Positions 1-9,914 of a stretch of 64,000 bases of DNA are shown here, one piece after another. A program made the position numbers and the translations under genes. Position 1 is the first letter of the stretch. The number at the start of each line of letters is the position of its first letter. The DNA lies in NCBI GenBank assembly GCA_040386275.1, contig JAZKFU010000011.1:1383-65382 (forward strand), in the 5' to 3' direction. Under the pieces are notes generated by a model. The model was not told the DNA's origin. It saw only the letters and a program-made list of their open reading frames with translations, and ran no database searches. Origin of the DNA: Patescibacteria group bacterium. GTDB taxonomy: Bacteria; Patescibacteriota; Minisyncoccia; Phycocordibacterales; UBA918.

Positions 1-117
1 TTGGAGGAAACCCTCGGGATTGAGCATGCTTCTCGCCCCCAAGAAGAACCACAAGGGTAAAAACATCAGTCCTAGCACAATAAGTGAGAAGACTGTCTTT
101 ACTACGACGATGTTCAT
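1..117 (-). CDS. partial CDS (N-terminus only, continues past window start): small hydrophobic protein
   Basis: ATG at 117-115 with AGGAAA upstream; 39 sense codons run to the window edge with no stop (MNIVVVKTVFSLIVLGLMFLPLWFF...). Not in the ORF track because no stop lies in the window. Confidence 0.3.
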   Translation of the reverse strand, partial: MNIVVVKTVFSLIVLGLMFLPLWFFLGARSMLNPEGFLQ

Positions 118-316
118 TGTTGGTTTCCTTCACTCAACGTAACCTTAGAAATAGTACACCAGATACATTCGCTGTATAGATATTGACCAAATAGTTCATC
201 CGTGTTATTCTCTTATCACCTTAAGATTCTCGTGTAGGGCATCTTTAGTGGCAGTAGAAGAATTTTGTGGCTACTTGCCACCCTACCCCTTCGATTGGTT
301 TATAACCTGCACATTC

Positions 317-434
317 GACCTCTGTAAACGACACATTTCGTCGTTACGCTGCTCAAAATAATACTCACCGTACAAGAAGTACGGCTCGCATTATTTTGTT
401 TGCGTGCCTAGAACTGTATTCGTTTACAGAGGTC
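317..434 (-). repeat. family A intergenic structured repeat, copy 1 (reverse orientation)
   Basis: Core tcaccgtacaagaagtacggctc at 365-387 is the reverse complement of GAGCCGTAC-loop-GTACGGTGA, with A/T tracts on both sides. gcctagaac flank. Outer 14 bp inverted repeat acctctgtaaacga (317-330) / tcgtttacagaggt (420-434). Confidence 0.7.
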
Positions 435-453
435 TCTAAAGACATTTACAAAT

Positions 454-1860
454 ATGGATTCATCAACAAGCCGACCTGGTCGGAAACCAGCTTTTTCTAG
501 TCGTCCCCGCTCTGGCGGAGCGTCAACTGGAGGAGCGCGACGATTTAGTAGTTCTGGAAGTCGCGGTGAAAGCGCCTCAGGCGGGCGTTCAAATGAACGT
601 CGTTCATACTCCGCTCCTTCTGCTGACCGCTCAGGTGGTGGACGTAGTTTTTCTAGTCCAGCACAACGTTCTGGCCGACGTCCTTTCTCAAGTGGCAGTG
701 GTCGTGGATCTTCTGCTCGCTCAGGCGGCGGACGAGGCGGACGCAAAATGCAGACGTTTGACGTTTCAAAATACATCAACCTTAACCCGGTAGACACCAG
801 TGCTACGGAAGAAGTGTATAAAGCGACTCACACATTCAAGACATTTGGTCTCGAACAACCACTCGTTACAACAATTACTAACATGGGACTTACTATCCCT
901 TCACCAATTCAAGATCAAATCATCCCGCACATTATGGATGGTCGTGATGTTGTTGGGTTGGCACAAACAGGTACTGGTAAAACAGCTGCGTTTCTTATTC
1001 CCACCATTAACAAAACCCTCAAGCAATATAGTCGACAAACATTGATTCTGGCTCCAACTCGCGAACTCGCGATTCAAGTTGAACAAGAACTCAAGCGTCT
1101 GACTGAAAAAATGAAAATCTTTTCTACTGTCTGTGTAGGAGGAATGAACATCCGTCCACAAATTATGGGCCTTAAGCGTCAAAACCATTTTATTATTGGT
1201 ACTCCAGGACGAGTACAGGATTTAATTGACCGTGGTCACATCAAGCCAGCTGGATTCTCAACTATCATCTTAGATGAAGCTGACCGAATGCTCGACATGG
1301 GATTCATACACGACATGCGCGCTATTCTTAAAGACGTACCGGACCCACACGAAACATTATTCTTCTCTGCGACTATGTCTGACACAGTGAAGGGATTGAT
1401 TCATGAATTCATGAATGACCCAATCACTATTTCAGTACGCAAAAAAGATATTACCGGCAGTATCACCCAAGACGTTGTGTACTACGAACCACACACAAAG
1501 TTTGATACACTCACTGCCCTCCTTAAAAAAGCTGATTTCACTCGTGTCATTATCTTTGGAGCAATGAAGCACAGTGTAGAAAAGTTATCTCAAGAACTTT
1601 CACGCGCTGGTATCAAATCAGACGCCATTCACGGAAACAAGAGTCACCCACAACGACAACGTGCTCTCCAGAACTTCAAGACAGGTCGCGTGCAAGTATT
1701 GGTAGCAACCGACGTAGCCGCCCGTGGTATTCACGTTGACGACGTCTCACACGTCATTAACTACGACCTACCAAATGCCTACGAAGATTATGTTCACCGG
1801 ATTGGGCGGACTGGACGGGCAGATAAGAAAGGGATGGCTTTGACGTTTGTGACCAAGTAG
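454..1860 (+). CDS. DEAD-box ATP-dependent RNA helicase with N-terminal Arg/Ser/Gly-rich low-complexity region (~95 aa)
   Basis: Q-motif region, Walker A AQTGTGKTAAF, DEAD box (ILDEADRMLDMGF), SAT, HRIGRTGRA motif VI. N-terminus is RGG/SR repeats. Confidence 0.9.
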   Translation: MDSSTSRPGRKPAFSSRPRSGGASTGGARRFSSSGSRGESASGGRSNERRSYSAPSADRSGGGRSFSSPAQRSGRRPFSSGSGRGSSARSGGGRGGRKMQTFDVSKYINLNPVDTSATEEVYKATHTFKTFGLEQPLVTTITNMGLTIPSPIQDQIIPHIMDGRDVVGLAQTGTGKTAAFLIPTINKTLKQYSRQTLILAPTRELAIQVEQELKRLTEKMKIFSTVCVGGMNIRPQIMGLKRQNHFIIGTPGRVQDLIDRGHIKPAGFSTIILDEADRMLDMGFIHDMRAILKDVPDPHETLFFSATMSDTVKGLIHEFMNDPITISVRKKDITGSITQDVVYYEPHTKFDTLTALLKKADFTRVIIFGAMKHSVEKLSQELSRAGIKSDAIHGNKSHPQRQRALQNFKTGRVQVLVATDVAARGIHVDDVSHVINYDLPNAYEDYVHRIGRTGRADKKGMALTFVTK

Positions 1861-1861
1861 A

Positions 1862-1985
1862 GACAACTCCCAGAACTGGCGCATTCCGTTGTTGTGCGGC
1901 GCAAAATTATTCTCACCGTACAAAAGTACGACTCGAACAATTTTCCTTGCACGCCTAGGACTGCATCCAGTTCTGAAAGTTGTTC
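1862..1985 (-). repeat. family A repeat, copy 2 (reverse orientation), immediately 3' of helicase gene
   Basis: tcaccgtacaaaagtacgactc at 1913-1934 flanked by aaaattattc / gaacaatttt. cgcattccgttgttg is the reverse complement of the caacaacg flank. gcctagga flank. Outer stem gacaactcccagaactgg / ccagttctgaaagttgttc. Confidence 0.65.
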
Positions 1986-2044
1986 GATGTTTGGCAATTC
2001 AAAAACTACCCAACCTTTAAGTAACTTAGAATGAAAACTAAAAA

Positions 2045-2073
2045 ACACCTCCCGCACAGCGGGAGGTGTTTTT
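2045..2073 (+). terminator. rho-independent terminator after DEAD-box helicase gene
   Basis: acacctcccgc-acag-cgggaggtgt followed by ttttt. Confidence 0.7.
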
Positions 2074-2201
2074 ATGTACAAATGGAAAAAATATGGTACT
2101 CTTTTGGGAATATGAAATTTCTAATTTTAGCGCTCGCTGGCTTTGTACTCTTGATGATTGTTAATTCATTTTTAGTTGGAACTCCAGTCTAATTTCTTTT
2201 T

Positions 2202-3164
2202 GTGATTTATCTTATTTCGCTGTTTCTTATTCTGTGCTCGGCCACGTTCTCGGGTTTGACGTTGGCGTATTTTTCGCTTGATATTGCCTCACTACGAAGA
2301 CGAGCAAACGCCGGTGACCCGCAAGCATTGGCTATCTACCCTCTGCGTGCGAGGGGTAATCTTTTACTCACTACCCTTTTGCTCGGTAATGTGACAGTAA
2401 ATACAATTTTGTCAGTCTTTCTGGGCTCACTGGTAAGTGGCGTATTCGCTAGTTTCCTTGCTACTGCGCTCATTTTCCTTTTTGGAGAAATCGGTCCTCA
2501 AGCTTTGTTTTCACGACATGCCTTAGCCTTTGGTAGCAAGCTAGCTCCTCTCACCCGCTTTTTACTTTTTATAGCATATCCAATCGCCTTTCCCGTAGCC
2601 TATTCTCTTGATCGTCTCTTGGGACATGCAACGCCTTCAATGTACTCCAAGCATGAAATCATGCAGATTATTTCTGAACACGAAGAATCAGAACATAGCC
2701 CCATTGATGCTGATGAGGAACGTATCGTGCATGGCGCCTTACAGTTTTCCCACCTCCAGGTACGCGAGGTTATGACACCAATTGAAAAGGTGGCGATGTT
2801 TGATGAGAATCAAAAATTAACCAATACTTTTTTTGAAGAAGTTTCTGAATTAGGGTACTCCCGCTTCCCCGTTTACAGCGGTAACAATAAAAATATTGTT
2901 GGTGTGTTATTCACAAAAGACCTCTTAACTGAAGACGAGGATATTTCAATCAAACAAACAGAAGATGCCTTTGAGTCAGATATCATGCGTATCCGCCCGA
3001 GCGCATACCTCGATACGGTACTTGCCCGGATGCTCAAGAAAAAACAACATCTCGCCATTGTTGAAAAAAATTCTGGCGAAGCCATTGGTGTAATTTCGCT
3101 TGAGGACATTATTGAAGAGATAATTCAAAGTGAAATTGAAGACGAGGAAGACGCCGAAAACTGA
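2202..3164 (+). CDS. CNNM/DUF21 transmembrane domain + CBS-pair protein (CorC/TlyC-like putative Mg/Co efflux or hemolysin-family)
   Basis: N-terminal multi-TM region with FSGLTLAYFSLD...LLLGN motif typical of DUF21. C-terminal CBS-like repeats and acidic tail. GTG start in ORF track. Confidence 0.7.
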   Translation: MIYLISLFLILCSATFSGLTLAYFSLDIASLRRRANAGDPQALAIYPLRARGNLLLTTLLLGNVTVNTILSVFLGSLVSGVFASFLATALIFLFGEIGPQALFSRHALAFGSKLAPLTRFLLFIAYPIAFPVAYSLDRLLGHATPSMYSKHEIMQIISEHEESEHSPIDADEERIVHGALQFSHLQVREVMTPIEKVAMFDENQKLTNTFFEEVSELGYSRFPVYSGNNKNIVGVLFTKDLLTEDEDISIKQTEDAFESDIMRIRPSAYLDTVLARMLKKKQHLAIVEKNSGEAIGVISLEDIIEEIIQSEIEDEEDAEN

Positions 3165-3272
3165 GCCAACAAACGAAGAGCCTATGGCGAAATTTGTTCC
3201 CAATTTACCCCTTATTCCTAGGGTAAATTGCTGGGACTGGATATCTATTCAATATTCATCAACCTGCAATAC

Positions 3273-3301
3273 TTGATTTTTTCCATAATCTATGGTATTA
3301 T
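3273..3301 (+). promoter_or_regulatory. sigma70-like promoter: TTGATT-17 nt-TGgTATTAT
   Basis: -35 at 3273-3278, extended -10 TGG+TATTAT at 3293-3301, 40 nt upstream of ATG 3341. Confidence 0.4.
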
Positions 3302-3340
3302 ACTGCTCGGTAAGTGCGGCACTAATGCTCGCACGCCAGA

Positions 3341-3670
3341 TTGAGGGATCAAATGAAACTTATCGCAGCAGCAGTTCTTTCACTTTTCGTCGGCAGCCAA
3401 GGCATCGCTCAAGAGCTTTGCACGTGCACCGACCAGGACTTTACCTTCACCACTGAAAACCCCGACCATGAAATATACATGGAGGAGTATCTTTGGGAAG
3501 TAAAATCATGTTCAGGGTCAAAGGTGATCGTGAACCTGATCGGCGAAGACAGCCCTATCCTCGATTCGTATTCTCTGGACGAGGACGGCAACCAAAAATT
3601 GTACTATGAAGGACGTTGGATTCGTTACGACGAGTTCAATCCCATCTGTCAGGATATTCCAACATCCTGA
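3341..3670 (+). CDS. small secreted hypothetical protein (signal peptide, 4 Cys)
   Basis: N-terminal KLIAAAVLSLFVGSQGIAQE signal-like sequence. No recognisable domain. Confidence 0.5.
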   Translation: MRDQMKLIAAAVLSLFVGSQGIAQELCTCTDQDFTFTTENPDHEIYMEEYLWEVKSCSGSKVIVNLIGEDSPILDSYSLDEDGNQKLYYEGRWIRYDEFNPICQDIPTS

Positions 3671-3688
3671 ACTTGGATTCTAACGCAA

Positions 3689-3720
3689 AGGAGCTGGCAT
3701 TCATTTGTCCGGCTCTTTCT
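3689..3720 (+). terminator. rho-independent terminator
   Basis: gagctgg...ccggctc hairpin followed by tttcttttttat. Confidence 0.5.
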
Positions 3721-3741
3721 TTTTTATGCTAGAGTACCAAT

Positions 3742-4560
3742 ATGCAAAAGTATGTCGTGTTAGAAAAAGGCGTGGGACAAACACCGCTTGAATGTGCTGA
3801 GTTATGGCGGGCGGCTCATCCTGAATTTACTGGTGTCCCCCTAGCGTACGCTGGACGACTTGATCCAATGGCCTCGGGGAAACTTCTCGTACTCATTGGA
3901 GATGAGTGTAAAGTTCAAGAGCAGTACCACCACCTCGACAAAGAATATGAATTCTCTGTTTTATTTGGCGTATCGTCTGATACCGCCGATGTATTAGGTA
4001 GACTCACCATAGCCCTCAAAGTGCCGTCTGTTTTGAAGTCTAAACTGTCACTCATCGTTAAAAAACTAATCGGTTCAGTCACTCTCCCCTATCCTCACTT
4101 TTCATCTAAAACCGTACACGGCAAACCACTGCATGTCTGGACACTTGAAGGCCGACTGAATGAAATCACCATCCCAACCAAACAATCAACCATCTACTCT
4201 CTCAAGGTCGTAAAGATTGAATCAAAAAACCGAGCAGAAATTTATGATGAAGTGAGCACTAGAATTGAATCTATTGCTCCCGTTACCGACCCCAGTAAAG
4301 CCCTCGGAAATGATTTTAGACGTGTGGACGTTCGCAAAGATTGGAAGCTTTTTATAGAAACCGGCACACCAACTGACCAATTCACAATAGTTACTTTCAT
4401 TTGCACAGCCAGCTCCGGCACCTACATGCGTACACTGAGTGAAGTAATCGCCAAAGAAGCCGGCACCACCGGCCTCGCCTATCATATCCACCGCACCAAA
4501 ATCGGCCAATACCAAAAAATCCCCCTCAACCAAGGCTTCTGGAAAAAAATATACAAATAA
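3742..4560 (+). CDS. truB: tRNA pseudouridine(55) synthase TruB-like
   Basis: GRLDPMASGKLLVLIGDECK and LDKEYEFSVLFGVSSDTADVLG match TruB catalytic motifs (HTGALDPLATG...KxY...G.RTDTxD). Confidence 0.75.
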   Translation: MQKYVVLEKGVGQTPLECAELWRAAHPEFTGVPLAYAGRLDPMASGKLLVLIGDECKVQEQYHHLDKEYEFSVLFGVSSDTADVLGRLTIALKVPSVLKSKLSLIVKKLIGSVTLPYPHFSSKTVHGKPLHVWTLEGRLNEITIPTKQSTIYSLKVVKIESKNRAEIYDEVSTRIESIAPVTDPSKALGNDFRRVDVRKDWKLFIETGTPTDQFTIVTFICTASSGTYMRTLSEVIAKEAGTTGLAYHIHRTKIGQYQKIPLNQGFWKKIYK

Positions 4561-4597
4561 TTTCCCTTCCGTTCGTCCGTTTAAGTAATCAATTATT

Positions 4598-4713
4598 GTT
4601 TCAAAAGTGCTTTAGATACAAGGCGCATGAGTTAAATAAGCTGAGCCGTACTTTTTGTACGGTGAAGAATATTTAGCGAAATGCAACGCCGTAGATGAAG
4701 TGCTTTTGAAACA
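4598..4713 (+). repeat. family A repeat, copy 3 (forward), abutting stop codon of GH15 gene
   Basis: caaggcg, then aaataagct-GAGCCGTAC-ttttt-GTACGGTGA-agaatattt (4643-4665), then caacgccgtagatgaagtgc. Outer stem tgtttcaaaag (4598-4608) / cttttgaaaca (4703-4713). Confidence 0.7.
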
Positions 4714-4714
4714 A

Positions 4715-6682
4715 TTACCGCAGGCTCGATAATTTCTTCAAGTAGGAATCTACTGTCAAAACATACTCGGCATGACTCCAAATTAGTGGCGACGTCGAAA
4801 GATGCTCTCTCGTATGCGGATGCATCTGCTCTGAAAGAGTCCCGGTTGATGACGCGTGTGAGGCGGTCCATTCTAACAACTCGAGCGCTGGTTTTAAATC
4901 AGCTGCTTTTTTAGCGTTAACTATATAGTACTGAGCAATCCACAACGTACAAATCACCCACGGATTGGGACTTCCGGCTTCTTGCATCGTGTAGTAGCGA
5001 TCATGCTGGTATCGGACAAAGCCTTTGCTACTACCTTCAACTTGTAATACCTTTTCAATCGTTTTAAGCGACGTTTTGACAAGAGCATCATCTGATTCGA
5101 GAACTCCAAAAAATACTACCCCGTGGAAACTACTGGCATCAATGGTGCGATCAAACACCAATTCCCCATCCTCAGTGTGCGTAACATGCTTCACAAACAT
5201 TTTGATATCAGGATCATACAACACACCCACAATCGCTTTTTGCATACGTTCCGCTACGGCCAAACAGGTTCGAGCGTCATTTTCCTTTCCAAGTAAACTT
5301 GCAAACCGAACAGCGGCCATCAGTCCGCCATAGACCGATGAAGCAGTGTAGGTTGAGGTACCATACTTTTCTTCCCATAAATCAAAAGATGCGGATGGTA
5401 AGCCCGTTAAAGGCTCGATGTAGTCACACAGGAACTTGGCCGCCGGCTCAATAAAAGAATTGTAATGTGCTTCAATAAATTCTAAATTTTTGGTGAGCTC
5501 ATAGTGCCGCCACAACATAAATAACACACTGGCCGTTTCATCTTCTTGAATTGGTAGGAAAGCTTTTCCATGTTGGAGCCACGGGTGCCAGGAACTACCC
5601 AAACTACCATCGGTTAAATACTTATGCATCAAATACCCAGCGGGTTCTTGGCACCGTGCCATAAAGGCAAAGAAACGTTCCGCCACTTCACTGTATCCAA
5701 CAGCATCAAGGGCGTGCGCTACCAGGGCGCCATCACGTGGCCAGACGTAACTATAAGTGTCGCGGCCATGGTGCAACATGTCGGTATCTGAGCTCGCAAT
5801 AATTCCTCCGCGGTTGTCAGTATGAACCCGGATAATTGCCAAAGACCGTCGGTAGAGGGTTTGCAAATCTTGCCCGAGCATTGAAATATCCCGTCCATTT
5901 TTATTAAGCCAGGCTTTCCAGTAGGCGTCCGTTGCTTGCCTGAGTCTATCAGGGGTTTCCTCAATCACCATCGCATCGAGCGTATGTACAGCCGGAATAG
6001 AACGACCACACGCGATCCAGTAAGAAATATCGGCGCTCGCACCTGCTTCCAGCTGACACGTAAACCCAAGTACTGAATCGACTGATCCGTGTTCAATTGG
6101 GTTTCGCTCCAAGACACCATCATGGGCGTCATGCCACGCACCGTCACGCCCCTCGATACCAAACAACCCAATGGTGTAATCTGTAAATTGTTTGCCGTTA
6201 TGGGTGGCGTTTATTAAAAAAGTATCTTCACCTTTGTAGTGAATAATTGCTCCCACCCGTGGATCGTAAAAAGCAGTGTCGCCACGTCTAGATTCATCTA
6301 TCCGAAATTGCTGGGCGAGATATAATTTGATTTCTTGCGCTTCATTCGACGTGTTCGTCACGGTAAACTGACGAATAAATACATCGTGTTCATTATGGAC
6401 GGCGTCACGACTCGACAGAGTTACACCTAAACCTTCATGAACAGCGGTAAAATTACCCAAGACACTATCCCCGACTGCTCCAATAGTAATGTCCCACGCA
6501 GGGTCATCAAGCCAGGAAATTACTCCCTCTACATACACACCAATACGGTGCACAAAAATACCACTCGCTCCACTGACGTGATTAGTTTGCCCAACGTACG
6601 GCCAATACAAATCACGTACTTGCCCGCGGTAGTCCATACCGACCAGCATGTTTCCGTTCCCTAGAGTAAGTGCGCGCGCCAT
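4715..6682 (-). CDS. glycoside hydrolase family 15 (glucoamylase/glucodextranase-like)
   Basis: SFDLWEEKYG catalytic-region motif and (alpha/alpha)6-barrel-like length. Start moved to MARALTLGNG (6682), because the upstream gene's stop is at 6685-6687. Confidence 0.7.
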   Translation of the reverse strand: MARALTLGNGNMLVGMDYRGQVRDLYWPYVGQTNHVSGASGIFVHRIGVYVEGVISWLDDPAWDITIGAVGDSVLGNFTAVHEGLGVTLSSRDAVHNEHDVFIRQFTVTNTSNEAQEIKLYLAQQFRIDESRRGDTAFYDPRVGAIIHYKGEDTFLINATHNGKQFTDYTIGLFGIEGRDGAWHDAHDGVLERNPIEHGSVDSVLGFTCQLEAGASADISYWIACGRSIPAVHTLDAMVIEETPDRLRQATDAYWKAWLNKNGRDISMLGQDLQTLYRRSLAIIRVHTDNRGGIIASSDTDMLHHGRDTYSYVWPRDGALVAHALDAVGYSEVAERFFAFMARCQEPAGYLMHKYLTDGSLGSSWHPWLQHGKAFLPIQEDETASVLFMLWRHYELTKNLEFIEAHYNSFIEPAAKFLCDYIEPLTGLPSASFDLWEEKYGTSTYTASSVYGGLMAAVRFASLLGKENDARTCLAVAERMQKAIVGVLYDPDIKMFVKHVTHTEDGELVFDRTIDASSFHGVVFFGVLESDDALVKTSLKTIEKVLQVEGSSKGFVRYQHDRYYTMQEAGSPNPWVICTLWIAQYYIVNAKKAADLKPALELLEWTASHASSTGTLSEQMHPHTREHLSTSPLIWSHAEYVLTVDSYLKKLSSLR

Positions 6683-6684
6683 AG

Positions 6685-7113
6685 TTAGTAGGAGTACTTC
6701 TTGAGGTGTTTCACCACTACCGCTTGCGCTGTTTTGGCAGTTTTGCACGTCCGTAAATCTACCGCACAGTCAATATCACCCAACACATCATCCACCCAAT
6801 TAGCAAAATCGTGTCGTCCGTTATTAGTGTGGTATTTATACACAGCTGCATCCATTCCCCGCAAGGCTCCTGCTAAAGCCACCAGTGTATTTAAAATCTG
6901 TCCATCGTTCATCCAAAAAGAATTGTGACTGGAGGCCACGACGAGCGTTTTGAGAGCGGGGGCTGTACTGGTTTTTTTGGCTACCGTTTTAGGAGCAGCT
7001 AGTTTTTTTACCGCCGGCTTTACTGGTTTTGTTATCACTTTTTTAGCAACCGCTTTTTTTGGAGTAGCTTTGGCCACTTTTTTTGCTGCTACTTTTTTTG
7101 TTGTTGTTTTCAT
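6685..7113 (-). CDS. hypothetical protein with Lys/Ala-rich histone-H1-like N-terminal tail (AKK repeats) and ~80 aa C-terminal globular part
   Basis: [25 protein letters not shown]... low-complexity tail. Sits between GH15 and GH57 genes. Confidence 0.5.
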   Translation of the reverse strand: MKTTTKKVAAKKVAKATPKKAVAKKVITKPVKPAVKKLAAPKTVAKKTSTAPALKTLVVASSHNSFWMNDGQILNTLVALAGALRGMDAAVYKYHTNNGRHDFANWVDDVLGDIDCAVDLRTCKTAKTAQAVVVKHLKKYSY

Positions 7114-7126
7114 ATTAAAGAACTAA

Positions 7127-8530
7127 TTATTTACGATGGAACATTGACCAGATCTTCCCTCCTATAACCGACCGTCGCAACCATGATTCCAATCTCATCT
7201 TTAGGGTCAACTGTACGGTGACTAACTCAATTGGTGGCGTCGGTTTGTGATTGACCGTCAATATCGTTTGCGCCACCTCCTCTTTTACTTTTATTTTTTT
7301 GGCTTGCTCGACTTTTTTAGCCCGAACTTTTGCGACTCTCGCTGCTACTCTTAATTGTAAATCAGAAAGCGCATTCATAAAGGCGATATACGCGTCATAT
7401 GGGGATTGGTACGGACTGAAGTACGCGTGCACATCGCCGTCGTTTGACCATTTGGTACACATGTAATAAAAGTGGTCAGAGGTTTGGAGCTTCCGCCAAA
7501 TTTCAGTCAGTTCCTTATCATTAATTTCCATGATGTCAGCTTCAAGCGCATAAATTTTTCCAAGCGCGTCACGCTGAATATCATTCCCCGTCCAGGCAGT
7601 GAGATCGCGATCAGTATCAGCCCAGGTCAACACATCAGGTACATCATACTCACCCGTTGATGAATAACTTTGAATTGTTTCCGTAGGAGTTTTAAAACTA
7701 GTATCAGGGTGTTTGAGAATATTCGCTGGTAACGCGCGCAAAAAATTAAAAATACCAGTATCTTCCCATTGGTGTTCACCAAAGGTTTCGTAGTCCATAA
7801 AAAGATTGACGGTCTCGCCATTCCCATGGTGTGCATGGACCCAGTCAGCAAACGTCTCGGCTTGGAGGGGAAAACTTTCCCATGCCTGGTTACCAAATCG
7901 AAAGGCTACGTCATCCGAAAGCTTATAGTTTTTAAGCAGTACCTTAATTTTGTCACAGCCTTTTGGTGAATACACGTAATTTGGACTTCGCCATCCGAGA
8001 TACTTGTCCCAACCTTCAGCCATGATGCCTAGGTAGCCATTGTCTTCACACCATTTTGCCAAGTCATTACGATACGACAATTCAGTATTTCGAAATACGC
8101 GGGGCGTGACGCCAAATAATGATTTGATACGCTTTTTGTGCTTGTCTACCTGACGCTCAAATTCTGGCACCGAGTAAAAGAACGCCAGCGAGTGGTGGTA
8201 GGTGTCAGCCAAAATCTCTACCCGCCCGGTAGCGACTAGTTCTTGAAACGATTCTAATACGTCAGGCACATACGCTTCGAATTGATCAAGAGCGGTCCCC
8301 GAGAACGACAGGGCAAATCGAAATTCTGGATGTGTATCAAGCAGTTCTTTTAAGATTTTATTAGTGGGACGATATGATTTATTCGCAACCTTATCAATAA
8401 TGCGACGATTGTTTAAATCAGTTTCACTATTGTCATTAAAATACTCAGTGTCGTTTCCAATATCAAAAACACGATACTGCTTAACGCGGTATGGTTGATG
8501 CACGTGAAAGTAAGGACAAACAGATAACAT
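7127..8530 (-). CDS. glycoside hydrolase family 57-like (alpha-glucan-active)
   Basis: N-terminal YFHVHQPYR (conserved HQP motif of GH57). Adjacent to GH15 and a GlgA-like gene. Confidence 0.6.
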   Translation of the reverse strand: MLSVCPYFHVHQPYRVKQYRVFDIGNDTEYFNDNSETDLNNRRIIDKVANKSYRPTNKILKELLDTHPEFRFALSFSGTALDQFEAYVPDVLESFQELVATGRVEILADTYHHSLAFFYSVPEFERQVDKHKKRIKSLFGVTPRVFRNTELSYRNDLAKWCEDNGYLGIMAEGWDKYLGWRSPNYVYSPKGCDKIKVLLKNYKLSDDVAFRFGNQAWESFPLQAETFADWVHAHHGNGETVNLFMDYETFGEHQWEDTGIFNFLRALPANILKHPDTSFKTPTETIQSYSSTGEYDVPDVLTWADTDRDLTAWTGNDIQRDALGKIYALEADIMEINDKELTEIWRKLQTSDHFYYMCTKWSNDGDVHAYFSPYQSPYDAYIAFMNALSDLQLRVAARVAKVRAKKVEQAKKIKVKEEVAQTILTVNHKPTPPIELVTVQLTLKMRLESWLRRSVIGGKIWSMFHRK

Positions 8531-8532
8531 AA

Positions 8533-9756
8533 CTAGGCAGAAATATACGACACAAGATTTTTATAGAGGGTCACTACTTTTTTGGCTGCTTCGCGCCAGG
8601 ACAAACGATTAATTTCAACACGACCTTCTTTAGTTAATTGGGCTCGCAATACATCATACCGCATCGCTGCCAAAATGTGATTAGCCATTCCATCCACATC
8701 CCAAAAATCAACTTTAAGCACATGCGTTAATACTTCTGCTACTCCCGACTGTTTTGAAATGAGTGACGGCGTACCGTGTTGCATCGCTTCCAGTGGCACC
8801 AAGCCAAATGGTTCTGACACTGACGGCATTACCACCAAATCTGCCGATTGATACATCCGGTCTCGTTCATCCTCCCAGAGCGCTCCGGCAAAAATGACAT
8901 GACCAGATAACCCTGACTCGCCAACCTGTCTGATGATTTGGTTTTGCATGTCACCCCAGCCAGAAATCACAAACACCACATTCGGATCAACATCAACCAC
9001 ACGTCTCGCGGCCCGTACGAAATAGTCGACGCCTTTTTGAATGGTAATCCGTCCATGGTACAAAACAATTTTTTTACCTTGAGCTTTAAGTTCGCGTAGC
9101 GTGGGTTCATGTACCGGTGGCACAAACGTATCACACCCATTATGGACGACCGTAACTTTATTAGGTTCAATACGATGCTTTTCAATAATGATGCGTCGCG
9201 TAAATTCACTCACTGCTACAACAGAATCAGCGGCGTTAAACGCATCTTGTTCAATCCGGAAAATTTCTGGGTCAACGTTATTACTGGCCGCTTGATCAAA
9301 TGACGTAGCGTGCACGTGCAATATCAGCGGCTTGCCACTGACTTTTTTTGCTGCCACTCCGGCGAGATACGAACTCCAGTCGTGCGCATGAATAATATCA
9401 AACTGATGCGTGCGCGCGATATGCGCCGCTTGCAACGCAAAGAGATGCACCTCATCAATCATTGACCGGGTAGCGAATCGTGGGGTTCCGTCAGTGTGAT
9501 AACCAATAATACTGGTCACCTGGCTTTGACCGCTATGGTACGGAGCAATTGCCGACTGCACCTCAATCACCGTTGTCATTCGCTCGGCACCCGCAAACAC
9601 AAATTTGGGAGTGCCGATTGTCTCTTGTTTCTTAGGCAATACAAAGATAACTTCTATTCCTTCATGAAATAGTTCCCGGGTTAATCCATGGCAAGCTACG
9701 CCAAGACCACCGTTTCGTGACGGTGGGAAATCCCAGCCAAAAGTGAGTACTTTCAT
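8533..9756 (-). CDS. glycogen/starch synthase-like GT-B glycosyltransferase (GT4/GT5)
   Basis: N-terminal NGGLGVACHGL (KTGGLGDV-like). C-terminal EPFGLVPLEAMQHGTPSL GT-B motif. Confidence 0.65.
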   Translation of the reverse strand: MKVLTFGWDFPPSRNGGLGVACHGLTRELFHEGIEVIFVLPKKQETIGTPKFVFAGAERMTTVIEVQSAIAPYHSGQSQVTSIIGYHTDGTPRFATRSMIDEVHLFALQAAHIARTHQFDIIHAHDWSSYLAGVAAKKVSGKPLILHVHATSFDQAASNNVDPEIFRIEQDAFNAADSVVAVSEFTRRIIIEKHRIEPNKVTVVHNGCDTFVPPVHEPTLRELKAQGKKIVLYHGRITIQKGVDYFVRAARRVVDVDPNVVFVISGWGDMQNQIIRQVGESGLSGHVIFAGALWEDERDRMYQSADLVVMPSVSEPFGLVPLEAMQHGTPSLISKQSGVAEVLTHVLKVDFWDVDGMANHILAAMRYDVLRAQLTKEGRVEINRLSWREAAKKVVTLYKNLVSYISA

Positions 9757-9875
9757 GGCAAAAAGTCGGCAAACATTGAGTTTATTTGCTTACCAAGCCA
9801 TCATAACACGGTACTTTTTAGCGCCTGGTTTTTCGAACCTAATAGCTGTGTATAGTCTTACTTTTACACATATTA

Positions 9876-9904
9876 TTGACTCAAAGTGCCTTATCTGCTA
9901 CAAT
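9876..9904 (+). promoter_or_regulatory. near-consensus sigma70 promoter TTGACT-17 nt-TACAAT upstream of rpmG
   Basis: -35 at 9876-9881, -10 at 9899-9904. ATG at 9915 gives a very short leader. Confidence 0.5.
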
Positions 9905-9914
9905 CGTCACCACT

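Noticed and set aside
408-797. 129-aa antisense ORF overlapping the helicase 5' region
   Set aside because: Lies antisense to the Arg/Gly/Ser-repeat coding region of a well-supported DEAD-box gene. Low-complexity (P/R/E-rich) translation typical of repeat shadow ORFs.
3201-3238. Hairpin cccaatttacc...ggtaaattgctggg after the CorC-like gene as a terminator
   Set aside because: Imperfect stem and no following T-run. Left uncalled.
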